DNA of 7,147 nt from Longivirga aurantiaca (GTDB lineage: Bacteria; Actinomycetota; Actinomycetes; S36-B12; CAIYMF01), in contig NZ_JBHSTI010000021.1 of assembly GCF_042660085.1 (NCBI RefSeq), positions 1-7,147 on the forward strand, in the 5' to 3' direction. The notes under the pieces were generated by a model. The model saw nothing but the letters and a program-made list of their open reading frames with translations, had not been told where the DNA came from and searched no databases. Positions within the stretch are counted from its first letter, which is position 1. Every line of letters begins with the position of its first letter. A program made the translations under genes and the position numbers. Positions 1-5,902 of the stretch are shown here, piece by piece.

Positions 1-402
1 GTGCACGCGCACCTCGACCTTGTGCGAGCCGAGAACCTTGATCGGCGAGACGATCGTGACCTTGCGCTTGTCGACCGACGGGCCACCGGCGGCCTCGACC
101 GCGGAGACGACGTCGCCGACGGTGATCGCGCCGAACAGGCGGCCGCTGTCGCCGGCACGCGCCGGGACCTTGACCTTCAGGCCCTCGAGCGAGGACTTGA
201 TCGCCTGGGCGGAGTCGAGGTCGCGGACCTCGCGCACGTCGCGCGCACGCTTGATCTGCGCGACCTGCTTCTCGCCGCCCTTGGTCCACGCGGTCGCGAG
301 ACCGCGCGGGAGGAGGTAGTTGCGGCCGTAGCCGTCCTTCACCTCGACGACGTCGCCAGGGGCGCCGAGACCGTTCACGTCCTGAGTCAGGATGAGCTTC
401 AT
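1..402 (-). CDS. rplI: 50S ribosomal protein L9, first 134 codons (3' end runs off the left window edge)
   Basis: Not in the supplied track because there is no stop in the window. Reverse complement from ATG 402..400 reads [56 protein letters not shown]..., a typical L9 N-terminal domain, and stays in frame to position 1. GAAGGAGG Shine-Dalgarno (rc of 413..420) lies about 10 nt upstream. Starts 19 nt after the rpsR stop. Fits the conserved rpsF-ssb-rpsR-rplI order. Confidence 0.9.
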   Translation of the reverse strand, partial: MKLILTQDVNGLGAPGDVVEVKDGYGRNYLLPRGLATAWTKGGEKQVAQIKRARDVREVRDLDSAQAIKSSLEGLKVKVPARAGDSGRLFGAITVGDVVSAVEAAGGPSVDKRKVTIVSPIKVLGSHKVEVRVH

Positions 403-421
403 GGTGTAGTCGCCTCCTTCG

Positions 422-658
422 TCAGCGGGCGGTCGAGGTGTAGGGCAGGAGCGCCATCTCGCGGGCGTTCTTGACCGCGGTCGCGACGTCGCGCTGGTGC
501 TGGGTGCAGTTGCCGCTCACGCGACGGGCACGGATCTTGCCGCGGTCGGAGATGTACTTGCGCAGCAGCGGCGTGTCCTTGTAGTCGACGCTCGCGATCT
601 TCTCCTTGCAGAAGATGCAAACCTTCTTCTTCGGCTTACGAAGAGCAGGCTTAGCCAT
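422..658 (-). CDS. rpsR: 30S ribosomal protein S18
   Basis: Track ORF of 78 aa. [20 protein letters not shown]...[49 protein letters not shown] is the S18 signature. GGAG (rc, in ataGGAGcaccacgATG) lies upstream. Position in the rpsF operon is as expected. Confidence 0.95.
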   Translation of the reverse strand: MAKPALRKPKKKVCIFCKEKIASVDYKDTPLLRKYISDRGKIRARRVSGNCTQHQRDVATAVKNAREMALLPYTSTAR

Positions 659-772
659 CGTGGTGCTCCTATCGGGAGCCCGGCGTCAGGCCGGGATGGG
701 GTCTGTCGGATGGATGCCGGCGGCTCGCTGGCCACCGGGGTGCCGCACCAGGTGCGACCGTGCTGTGAGGTC

Positions 773-1333
773 CTAGAACGGAGGCTCGTCGTACGACGCG
801 CCACCGCCGCCGCCACCCCAGGCGCCACCGCCGCCGGCAGCGTTGCCGCCACCGCCGGCCGGGGTCGCCCACGGGTCGTCGGCCGGGCCGGAGTTGCCTC
901 CGCCGCCCTGCTGGCCGCCGCCGAAGCCGCCTCCGCCGCCACCACCGAAGTCACCGCCGCCGCTGCGGGCCACCTTGGTGACCTTCGCGGTGGCCGTGCG
1001 CAGCGCCGGGCCGACGTCGTCGACCTCCATCTCGATGACGGTGACCTTCTGACCCTCGCGGGAGTCGTAGGACCGCTGCTTGAGACGGCCGGTGACGATG
1101 ACGCGGGTGCCCCGCGTCAGCGACTCGGCGACGTTCTCGGCGTACTGCCTCCACACGCTGCAGCGCATGAAGACGGGCTCGCCGTCCTTCCACTCGTTCG
1201 TGGCCTTGTCGAGGTAACGCGAGTTCGACGCGACCGTGAAGCTCGCGACCGCCGCGCCGGACGGGGTGAACCGCAGCTCGGGGTCGTTCGTGAGGTTGCC
1301 GACGATGGTGACGTTGATGTCGCCCTGCGCCAT
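773..1333 (-). CDS. ssb: single-stranded DNA-binding protein
   Basis: Track ORF of 186 aa. N-terminal OB fold ([34 protein letters not shown]...), long Gly-rich linker, and acidic C-terminal tip DEPPF. Sits between rpsF and rpsR. Confidence 0.95.
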   Translation of the reverse strand: MAQGDINVTIVGNLTNDPELRFTPSGAAVASFTVASNSRYLDKATNEWKDGEPVFMRCSVWRQYAENVAESLTRGTRVIVTGRLKQRSYDSREGQKVTVIEMEVDDVGPALRTATAKVTKVARSGGGDFGGGGGGGFGGGQQGGGGNSGPADDPWATPAGGGGNAAGGGGAWGGGGGGASYDEPPF

Positions 1334-1477
1334 GGTGCTAACCGCCTCGGGTGGAAGGTGTGGATTCGGCTGATGGGCCGGACCTTACGGGTGCGATCCG
1401 ACGGCCGGAAGGGTCGTCGGGCTCGCGGACTGTGGACGACACGCGGAGAGAAGCCGCCTGTCGATCACGGGATTCGC

Positions 1478-1768
1478 CTAGTGGGCGTCCGGACGCATGA
1501 CCTTGGTGCGCAGCACAGCCTCGTTGAGGTTGAGCTGGCGGTCGAGCTCCTGGACGGCAGCCGGCGTGCAGCTGAGGTCGAGGACGGCGTAGATGCCCTC
1601 GGCCTTCTTGTTGATCTCGAACGACAGGCGACGACGGCCCCAGATGTCGACCTTGTCGACGGTGCCACCCGACTGCTTCACGACATTGAGGAACGTGTCG
1701 AGACTGGGAGCGACGGTGCGCTCCTCGAGATCGGGGTCGAGGATCACCATGACCTCGTAATGACGCAT
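1478..1768 (-). CDS. rpsF: 30S ribosomal protein S6 (96 aa)
   Basis: [65 protein letters not shown]... is a typical S6. I place the start at ATG 1768..1766, not the track's 1882. GAGGAGGTGGG Shine-Dalgarno sits directly upstream. The 38-codon extension has only 26/38 G/C at third positions by my count, against near 100% inside the gene. Confidence 0.93.
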   Translation of the reverse strand: MRHYEVMVILDPDLEERTVAPSLDTFLNVVKQSGGTVDKVDIWGRRRLSFEINKKAEGIYAVLDLSCTPAAVQELDRQLNLNEAVLRTKVMRPDAH

Positions 1769-1830
1769 GCGATACCCACCTCCTCTGGACTTGGCGGCCA
1801 CGGTCTCTCCGTGGCAGGAGGGTTGTGCGT
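1769..1830 (-). promoter_or_regulatory. rpsF 5'-UTR structure: 7-bp hairpin nested in an anti-SD/SD helix; candidate S6:S18 autoregulatory leader
   Basis: Minus-strand RNA reads ..aaCCCTCCTG-CCACGG-agaga-CCGTGG-ccgccaagtc-CAGAGGAGGtgggtatcgcAUG. The inner stem is GCCACGG/CCGTGGC (forward 1797..1815). CCTCCTG can pair with CAG(A)GGAGG, which is the ribosome-binding site. Structures binding S6:S18 have been described in rpsF leaders of diverse bacteria. Confidence 0.4.
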
Positions 1831-1890
1831 CACGTGGACCCGCTCCCGACGACCCATGGGGGCCGCCGTACGGCGCGGACACGTCCGATC

Positions 1891-1920
1891 AGGGTACGGG
1901 ACCGGGCAGCCGACCCCCAA
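1891..1920 (-). promoter_or_regulatory. possible rpsF operon promoter (TTGGGG-18 nt-TACCCT on the minus strand)
   Basis: The -10 TACCCT (rc of 1891..1896) fits the actinobacterial TAnnnT pattern. TTGGGG (rc of 1915..1920) lies 18 nt upstream. Pattern match only, with no transcript data. Confidence 0.25.
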
Positions 1921-1945
1921 ATGCCGCCCCCCCCGCCCGCTGGTG

Positions 1946-1998
1946 TGCGATGAAGGCGACCTTCATCCAATAGAGCCGAACAATTCCGGCCTTCACCG
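1946..1998 (-). repeat. Composite cis-element, copy A, oriented toward rpsF. Core 1949..1984 is 36 nt and identical to copy B.
   Basis: Minus-strand reading: CGGTGAAGG-ccgga-ATTGTT-CG-GCTCT-attg-GATGAAGG-tcg-CCTTCATC-gca. The hairpin has an 8-bp stem and 3-nt loop (forward 1949..1967). The core is about 47% GC in a window that is about 70% GC. Begins immediately after the stop of the 59-aa ORF. Confidence 0.85.
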
Positions 1999-2178
1999 CT
2001 ACCGGTCAGGGGTGCGGGCCTCGAGGGCGTCGGCGATCCTGGCGAGGCTGAGCGCGATCGAGGCCAGGGCGCTGGTGTCGGCGGTGCTCGGGGCCTTGGC
2101 CTTGAACCCGGCGGCCGCCTCGGCCGCCGTCCGCGCCAGCGCCCACGCCGTCGCCGCGTCGCCCGACGTGCTGCTCAT
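1999..2178 (-). CDS. hypothetical small Ala-rich protein (59 aa), not in the supplied track
   Basis: ATG 2178..2176 to TAG 2001..1999 gives MSSTSGDAATAWALARTAAEAAAGFKAKAPSTADTSALASIALSLARIADALEARTPDR. 58 of 59 codons end in G/C by my count, which is strong coding periodicity for this genome type. GGGAG lies 6 nt upstream of the ATG, and an in-frame TGA six codons upstream fixes the start. I recognise no homolog. Confidence 0.45.
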   Translation of the reverse strand: MSSTSGDAATAWALARTAAEAAAGFKAKAPSTADTSALASIALSLARIADALEARTPDR

Positions 2179-2253
2179 CCCAGACTCCCGTCCTCATGGC
2201 CCGCCCCGCGCGGGCCCCCGTAGCCAGCACACCATCTGGCCGCGCACTCGTCA

Positions 2254-2277
2254 CCCTCATCCGGCCCCTCATCCGGC
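2254..2277. repeat. perfect tandem duplication CCCTCATCCGGC x2
   Basis: Positions 2254..2265 and 2266..2277 are identical 12-mers. They lie in the divergent intergenic region between the 59-aa ORF and the aminotransferase remnant. Confidence 0.9.
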
Positions 2278-2348
2278 TTCCGAGGGGCGGTGCGGGAGGC
2301 GGCTGGTCATCGGCGTACGGAGGCGGCGGCGATGACAGAGTGCGGCGC

Positions 2349-2845
2349 ATGGTGGAGCCGTTCGAGGTCCTGACGCTGGAGCAGCTGCGCGCGCGGCGGT
2401 CGATCAAGTGGACCCAGCACGCACCGGACGTGCTGCCGCTGTGGATCGCCGAGATGGACGCGCCGCTGCCGGCGTCGGTCGTCGCGGCGCTGTCGGCCGA
2501 CCTCGCCGCGGGCGACGCCGGCTACGCGCCGCTCGACACGGCGTACGCCGAGGCCTTCGCCCACGTCGCCGCCGCACGCTGGGGGTGGACGGTGGACCCG
2601 GCAGCAACCTGTGTCTGCGCGGACGTGCTCACGGGCATCACGCGATCGCTCGAGCTGCTCACGAAGCCCGGGGAGACGGTGCTCGTGCCGGCGCCGGTCT
2701 ACACGCCGCTGCTCCTGCTGCCCACCTCGACGGCGGGCTGCCGTTCGGCGTCGGGGGCGAGGGCTTCGTGCGGCTCAACCTCGCTGCGTCGCGCTCGACT
2801 CTGGCCGAGGCCGTCGAGCGGATGGCGCGATCGCTCGACCGCTGA
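2349..2845 (+). pseudogene. PatB/MalY-type (fold-type I, PLP-dependent) aminotransferase / C-S lyase remnant with a large internal deletion and frame change
   Basis: Frame 3 from ATG 2349 reads MVEPFEVLTLEQLRARRSIKWTQHAPDVLPLWIAEMDAPLPASVVAAL...DVLTGITRSLELLTKPGETVLVPAPVYTPLL, a typical N-terminal third. Homology is then lost near 2712..2725 and resumes in frame 2 as HLDGGLPFGVGGEGFVRLNLAASRSTLAEAVERMARSLDR*, a typical extreme C-terminus with stop at 2843..2845. About 165 codons remain where I would expect roughly 380-400. The central PLP-lysine region is absent. Confidence 0.7.
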
Positions 2846-2863
2846 GCGGTGCGCCTGCCCTCC

Positions 2864-2914
2864 CCGTGATGGGAAGGATTGTTCGGCTCTATTGGATGAA
2901 GGTCGCCTTCATCC
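2864..2914 (+). repeat. Composite cis-element, copy B, oriented toward xthA. Core 2878..2913 is 36 nt and identical to copy A.
   Basis: CCGTGATGG-gaagg-ATTGTT-CG-GCTCT-attg-GATGAAGG-tcg-CCTTCATC-c. The hairpin has a 9-bp stem (2894..2914). It is followed by a G6 run and the xthA Shine-Dalgarno. The hairpin ends 37 nt before the xthA GTG. Confidence 0.85.
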
Positions 2915-2950
2915 AAAACGCAAACGGCGGGGGGTGGGAGGATCGGCGGC

Positions 2951-3751
2951 GTGCGCATCGTGACGTGGAACATCAACGGGGTCCAGGTACGGACCGACCG
3001 GCTGCTCGCGTTCCTGGAGTCGGCGCAGCCCGACGTCCTGGTGCTGCAGGAGCTCAAGGCCCCGACCGACCTGTTCCCGTACGACGAGGTGCGCGCGGCC
3101 GGCTACGAGGTGGCGGCCCGCGGCGACGGGCGCTGGAACGGCGTCGCGATCCTGTCGCGCGTCGGGCTCGACGACGTCAGGTACGACCTGCCCGGGCAGC
3201 CGCAGTGGGACGGCGTCACGGAGCCGCGCGCCGTCGCGGCGACCTGCAACGGCGTACGGGTCTGGGGCGTCTACGTGCCCAACGGCCGCACGATCGACGA
3301 CCCGCACTACGCGTACAAGCTCGAGTGGCTGGCCGCCCTGCGCGAGACCGCCGTCGCCGAGATCGCGGCGGCACCCGACCGGCCATGGGTCGTGCTCGGC
3401 GACTTCAACGTCGCGCCGACCGACGCCGACGTCTGGGACATCGCCCAGTTCGCCGACTCCACCCACGTGACCCCGGCCGAGCGCGCCGCCGTCACCGCGC
3501 TCACCGACTCCGGTCTCGTCGAGGTCATGCCGCGCGCGCTGAAGTACGACGTGCCGTTCACGTTCTGGGACTACCGCCAGCTCGCCTTCCCCAAGAACAC
3601 CGGCATGCGGATCGACCTCGTCTTCGGCTCTCCGACGTTCGCCGCCGCCGTCACGGACGCGTACGTCGACCGCGAGGCGCGCAAGACCGGCAAGAAGGGC
3701 ACGACGCCGCCCAGCGACCACGCCCCGATCGTCGTCGACGTCTCCCTCTAG
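2951..3751 (+). CDS. xthA: exodeoxyribonuclease III (AP endonuclease, EEP family)
   Basis: Track ORF of 266 aa. MRIVTWNINGVQVRTDRLLAFLESAQPDVLVLQELK...WNGVAILSR...VLGDFNVAPTDADVWD...FWDYRQLAFPKNTGMRIDL...PSDHAPIVVDV are the ExoIII/Ape catalytic motifs. GTG start with GGGAGGA (2936..2942) 8 nt upstream. Confidence 0.93.
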   Translation: MRIVTWNINGVQVRTDRLLAFLESAQPDVLVLQELKAPTDLFPYDEVRAAGYEVAARGDGRWNGVAILSRVGLDDVRYDLPGQPQWDGVTEPRAVAATCNGVRVWGVYVPNGRTIDDPHYAYKLEWLAALRETAVAEIAAAPDRPWVVLGDFNVAPTDADVWDIAQFADSTHVTPAERAAVTALTDSGLVEVMPRALKYDVPFTFWDYRQLAFPKNTGMRIDLVFGSPTFAAAVTDAYVDREARKTGKKGTTPPSDHAPIVVDVSL

Positions 3752-3774
3752 GGACCCCCGCCCGCTCGCACTCA

Positions 3775-3813
3775 TCAATCCGTCACTTCCCGGGCCCGGA
3801 AGCAGCGGATTGA
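3775..3813 (+). terminator. imperfect long hairpin downstream of xthA (possible terminator)
   Basis: TCAATCCG-tca-CTTCC-cgggccc-GGAAG-cag-CGGATTGA starts 24 nt after the xthA stop. There is no clear U-tract, so the assignment rests on structure only. Confidence 0.3.
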
Positions 3814-3912
3814 TCGGTCTCAGCGGGAGGGGCGGTGCGGCCGGCGTGAGGTCGCGCACTGCGTAGGCGTGCGTGGTCCGGCGGCCGGGCGGCTGGTCGT
3901 AGTGTTCCGTTC

Positions 3913-5058
3913 GTGCCCACGCCGCTCGAGGTCCGCCGGATCACCCCTGAGGAGCACCTCGCGTACGTCGAGGCGCGCACCGCCGCGGGCGCCGACATCT
4001 CCTTCCTGCAGGTGCCCAGCTGGGCCGGGGTCAAGGCGGAGTGGAAGCACGCCAGCCTCGGCTGGTTCGACGGCGACGAGCTCGTCGGCGCCGGCCTCGT
4101 GCTCCTGCGCCAGGTGCCCAAGGTCAAGCGCTTCCTGGCGTACCTCCCCGAGGGCCCGGACATCGACTGGACCGGCGCGCGCACCGGCCGCGACCTCGCC
4201 GACTGGCTCGAGCCGCTGGCCGCACACCTCAAGGCGATCGGCGCGTTCGCCGTGAAGATGGGCCCGCCCGTCACCGTGCGCACCTGGGACGCCGACACCC
4301 TCAAGGCCGCGATCGCCGACGGCACCGCCCAGCGCCTGCGCGACGTCCCCGCCGACACCACCGACGACGCAGGCCTCGCCGTCGCCGACCGCCTCCTCGA
4401 GCTCGGCTGGAGCCAGAAGGCCGACACCGGCGCCGGCTTCGGCGACGTCCAGCCGCGGTACGTGTTCCAAGTGCCGCTCGCCGGCCGCACCGAGGACGAC
4501 CTGCTCACGGGCTTCAACCAGCTCTGGCGCCGCAACATCAAGAAGGCCGACAAGGCCGGCGTCGTCGTCGAGCACGGCGGCTTCGACGACCTCCCCGCGT
4601 TCCACGAGGTGTACGTCGAGACCGCGGTCCGCGACGGGTTCACGCCGCGCGGCCTCGCGTACTTCCAGCGCATGTGGCGCGCGATGACCGCCGAGGACCC
4701 GAGCCGCATCACGCTCTACCTCGCGCGGCACGAGGGGCGCGTGCTCGCCGCGACGACGCTGGTCCGCGTCGGGCAGCACGCGTGGTACTCGTACGGCGCG
4801 TCCTCCAACGAGGGCCGCGACGTACGCCCGTCGAACGCGATCCAGTGGGCGATGGTGCGCGACTCGCTCGCGGCAGGCTGCCACGTCTACGACATGCGCG
4901 GCATCAGCGACACCCTCGACCCGGACGACCACCTCTTCGGGCTCATCCAGTTCAAGCTCGGCACCGGCGGCCGCGCGTCCGAGTACCTCGGCGAGTGGGA
5001 CATGCGCCTGCGACCTGTCCTCGCCCGCGCCGTCGAGGGCTACCTCAACCGCCGCTGA
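3913..5058 (+). CDS. FemAB-family peptidoglycan interpeptide-branch aminoacyltransferase (FemX / lipid II:glycine glycyltransferase-like)
   Basis: Track ORF of 381 aa. It starts with ...ITPEEHLAYVEARTAAGADISFLQVPSWAGVKAEWKHASLGWFDGDELVGAGLVLLRQVPKVKRFLAYLPEGP and ends with ...LYLARHEGRVLAATTLVRVGQHAWYSYGASSNEGRDVRPSNAIQWAMVRDSLAAGCHVYDMRGI...FKLGTGG. This matches actinobacterial FemX-like proteins as I remember them. GTG start with a weak RBS, so the start is less certain than the family call. Confidence 0.85.
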   Translation: MPTPLEVRRITPEEHLAYVEARTAAGADISFLQVPSWAGVKAEWKHASLGWFDGDELVGAGLVLLRQVPKVKRFLAYLPEGPDIDWTGARTGRDLADWLEPLAAHLKAIGAFAVKMGPPVTVRTWDADTLKAAIADGTAQRLRDVPADTTDDAGLAVADRLLELGWSQKADTGAGFGDVQPRYVFQVPLAGRTEDDLLTGFNQLWRRNIKKADKAGVVVEHGGFDDLPAFHEVYVETAVRDGFTPRGLAYFQRMWRAMTAEDPSRITLYLARHEGRVLAATTLVRVGQHAWYSYGASSNEGRDVRPSNAIQWAMVRDSLAAGCHVYDMRGISDTLDPDDHLFGLIQFKLGTGGRASEYLGEWDMRLRPVLARAVEGYLNRR

Positions 5059-5076
5059 CCCCGGCCGCAGCCGGGG
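5059..5076. terminator. GC-only hairpin between convergent genes (candidate bidirectional terminator)
   Basis: CCCCGGC-cgca-GCCGGGG has a 7-bp stem and 4-nt loop. It fills half of the 36-nt gap between the FemX-like stop (5058) and the lipoprotein stop (5095). No U-tract. Confidence 0.45.
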
Positions 5077-5094
5077 CCAGCGTGCGGGTCGGTG

Positions 5095-5805
5095 CTACTG
5101 GCCGAGCTGCGACGGGTCGAGCACGTCGGCGGCGTCCGGCTCGGTGATGGTGACGGTCTCGCCCCAGTCGCTGAACTTCAGCGAGCCCTCGGCCCCGCCG
5201 TCGATCCAGAGCGGCAGCGGGTCGCCGGTGGTGGCGATCCACAGCGTGCCCTTGTCGCCGTCCTTCAGGCCGATCGCGGGAGTGCCGTCCACGGTCGACG
5301 TCTCGCCCTTGGTCACGGTGCCGCTGGGCGTGAGCAGCTGGGAGACGAACGTCTCGAAGTTCGTGAAGCTCTCGAACTGCGCGAGCTCGGTGCCGGCGGT
5401 GGCCACGACCCACTTGTCGCCGATGAGCTCGGCGGCGCCCTCGCCGGCCTGCGTGTCCCAGAAGGCCTTGTCGCCCTGGGCGTAGACCTTGGTGCCGGTC
5501 GAGATGATCTGGAGCGTGGCGCCCGACATCGAGACCGAGCCGACCGCCTTGCCGCCCTTCTCGACCGCCAGGTCGAGACCCATGTCGTCGGCGCCCTGGG
5601 TGACCGTGCCGACGATGTGCACGGAGCCCTGCGCGAGCGCGGCGGCCTCGGCTGCCGTGAGGATCTCCTCGGCCGACTTGTCGGCCACGCCGTTGCCCGC
5701 GGCCTCCGTGCTCGAGCCGCCCGTGCTGGTGCTGCCGCACGCGGTCACCGTCAGCAGGGCCGTGAGTGCGAGCGCCACGCCCGCGAGAGCCTTCGTCGTA
5801 CGCAT
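5095..5805 (-). CDS. secreted lipoprotein, function unknown (236 aa)
   Basis: The true start is ATG 5805..5803, inside the 670-aa track ORF. MRTTKALAGVALALTALLTVTAC|GSTSTGGSS has a signal peptide plus lipobox (VTAC) with a Ser/Gly-rich linker. The mature part is beta-rich and acidic. Everything upstream in the track ORF is antisense shadow of the Alr-like gene. Confidence 0.8.
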   Translation of the reverse strand: MRTTKALAGVALALTALLTVTACGSTSTGGSSTEAAGNGVADKSAEEILTAAEAAALAQGSVHIVGTVTQGADDMGLDLAVEKGGKAVGSVSMSGATLQIISTGTKVYAQGDKAFWDTQAGEGAAELIGDKWVVATAGTELAQFESFTNFETFVSQLLTPSGTVTKGETSTVDGTPAIGLKDGDKGTLWIATTGDPLPLWIDGGAEGSLKFSDWGETVTITEPDAADVLDPSQLGQ

Positions 5806-5902
5806 GTCGTCGTCCTGTCCCCTCGTGTGCCGGACGCGACTCGGTGATGCGCCCCCGCCGTGCGACGAGGGTATGCGGGCGTACGGCGTCGTCTCGCCGC
5901 GA

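Noticed and set aside
843-1052. Pro-rich 69-aa plus-strand ORF
   Set aside because: It is simply the antisense reading of the Gly-rich (GGN) linker of SSB.
1769-1882. 38-codon N-terminal extension of rpsF offered by the track (start at 1882)
   Set aside because: Third-position G/C is only about 26/38. The strong GAGGAGG RBS precedes the ATG at 1768, and S6 proteins start MRHYE. The region is better explained as a structured leader.
1950-1973. Mini-ORF MKATFIQ* inside the 36-nt repeat, present in both copies and reading inward
   Set aside because: The ATG is a by-product of the palindrome GGATGAAGG/CCTTCATCC. There is no RBS upstream, and it reads away from the downstream genes. I kept it only as a remote possibility.
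497-2335. 612-aa plus-strand ORF, the longest in the left half
   Set aside because: It runs antisense or off-frame across rpsR, ssb and rpsF and straight through their intergenic regions. The translation is low-complexity and rich in Arg, Ala, Gly and Val. This is a typical shadow ORF of high-GC DNA, and the opposite strand carries unmistakable ribosomal and SSB proteins.
2196-2348. N-terminal extension of the aminotransferase ORF (track start 2196)
   Set aside because: Aminotransferase homology begins at MVEPFEVLTLEQL (2349). The extension is low-complexity and includes the translated tandem repeat (LIRPLIRLP).
2006-2407. 133-aa minus-strand ORF
   Set aside because: The translation is a frame-shifted Arg/Gly/Pro-rich product. 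It crosses the divergent intergenic region and the aminotransferase start. The neighbouring frame contains the 59-aa ORF with far better codon periodicity.
1949-2913. CRISPR array or IS/MITE interpretation of the 36-nt repeats
   Set aside because: There are only two copies, inverted rather than direct, 893 bp apart, with no cas genes. There is no transposase or integrase, and the flanks (gtgtgc / caaaac) show no target-site duplication. A non-autonomous element cannot be fully excluded without genome-wide copy data.
1946-2914. DNA-damage or metal regulatory boxes, considered because ssb and xthA are downstream (LexA GAAC-N4-GTTC, PafBC/RecA-NDp TGTCGGTG-N8-TAnnnT, Zur/Fur-type TGAAAA-N3-TTTTCA)
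   Set aside because: There is no GAAC-N4-GTTC. TTGTTCGGC-N8 is followed by ATGAAG, not TAnnnT. The palindrome TGAAGG-N3-CCTTCA has Zur-like 6-3-6 geometry but lacks the A/T core. Copy X has a completely different stem, arguing against a fixed dyad operator.
2611-3859. ORFs 2611..3813 (+), 2909..3859 (-), 2659..3057 (-) and 3307..3561 (-)
   Set aside because: These are alternative-frame or antisense shadows of xthA, with Arg/Pro/Gly-rich low-complexity translations. The xthA frame carries all ExoIII motifs.
3783-5147. ORFs 3783..4712 (-), 3820..4932 (-), 3869..4255 (+) and 4041..5147 (+)
   Set aside because: These are shadows of the FemX-like gene. None shows recognisable motifs, and all are Arg/Pro/Ala-rich.
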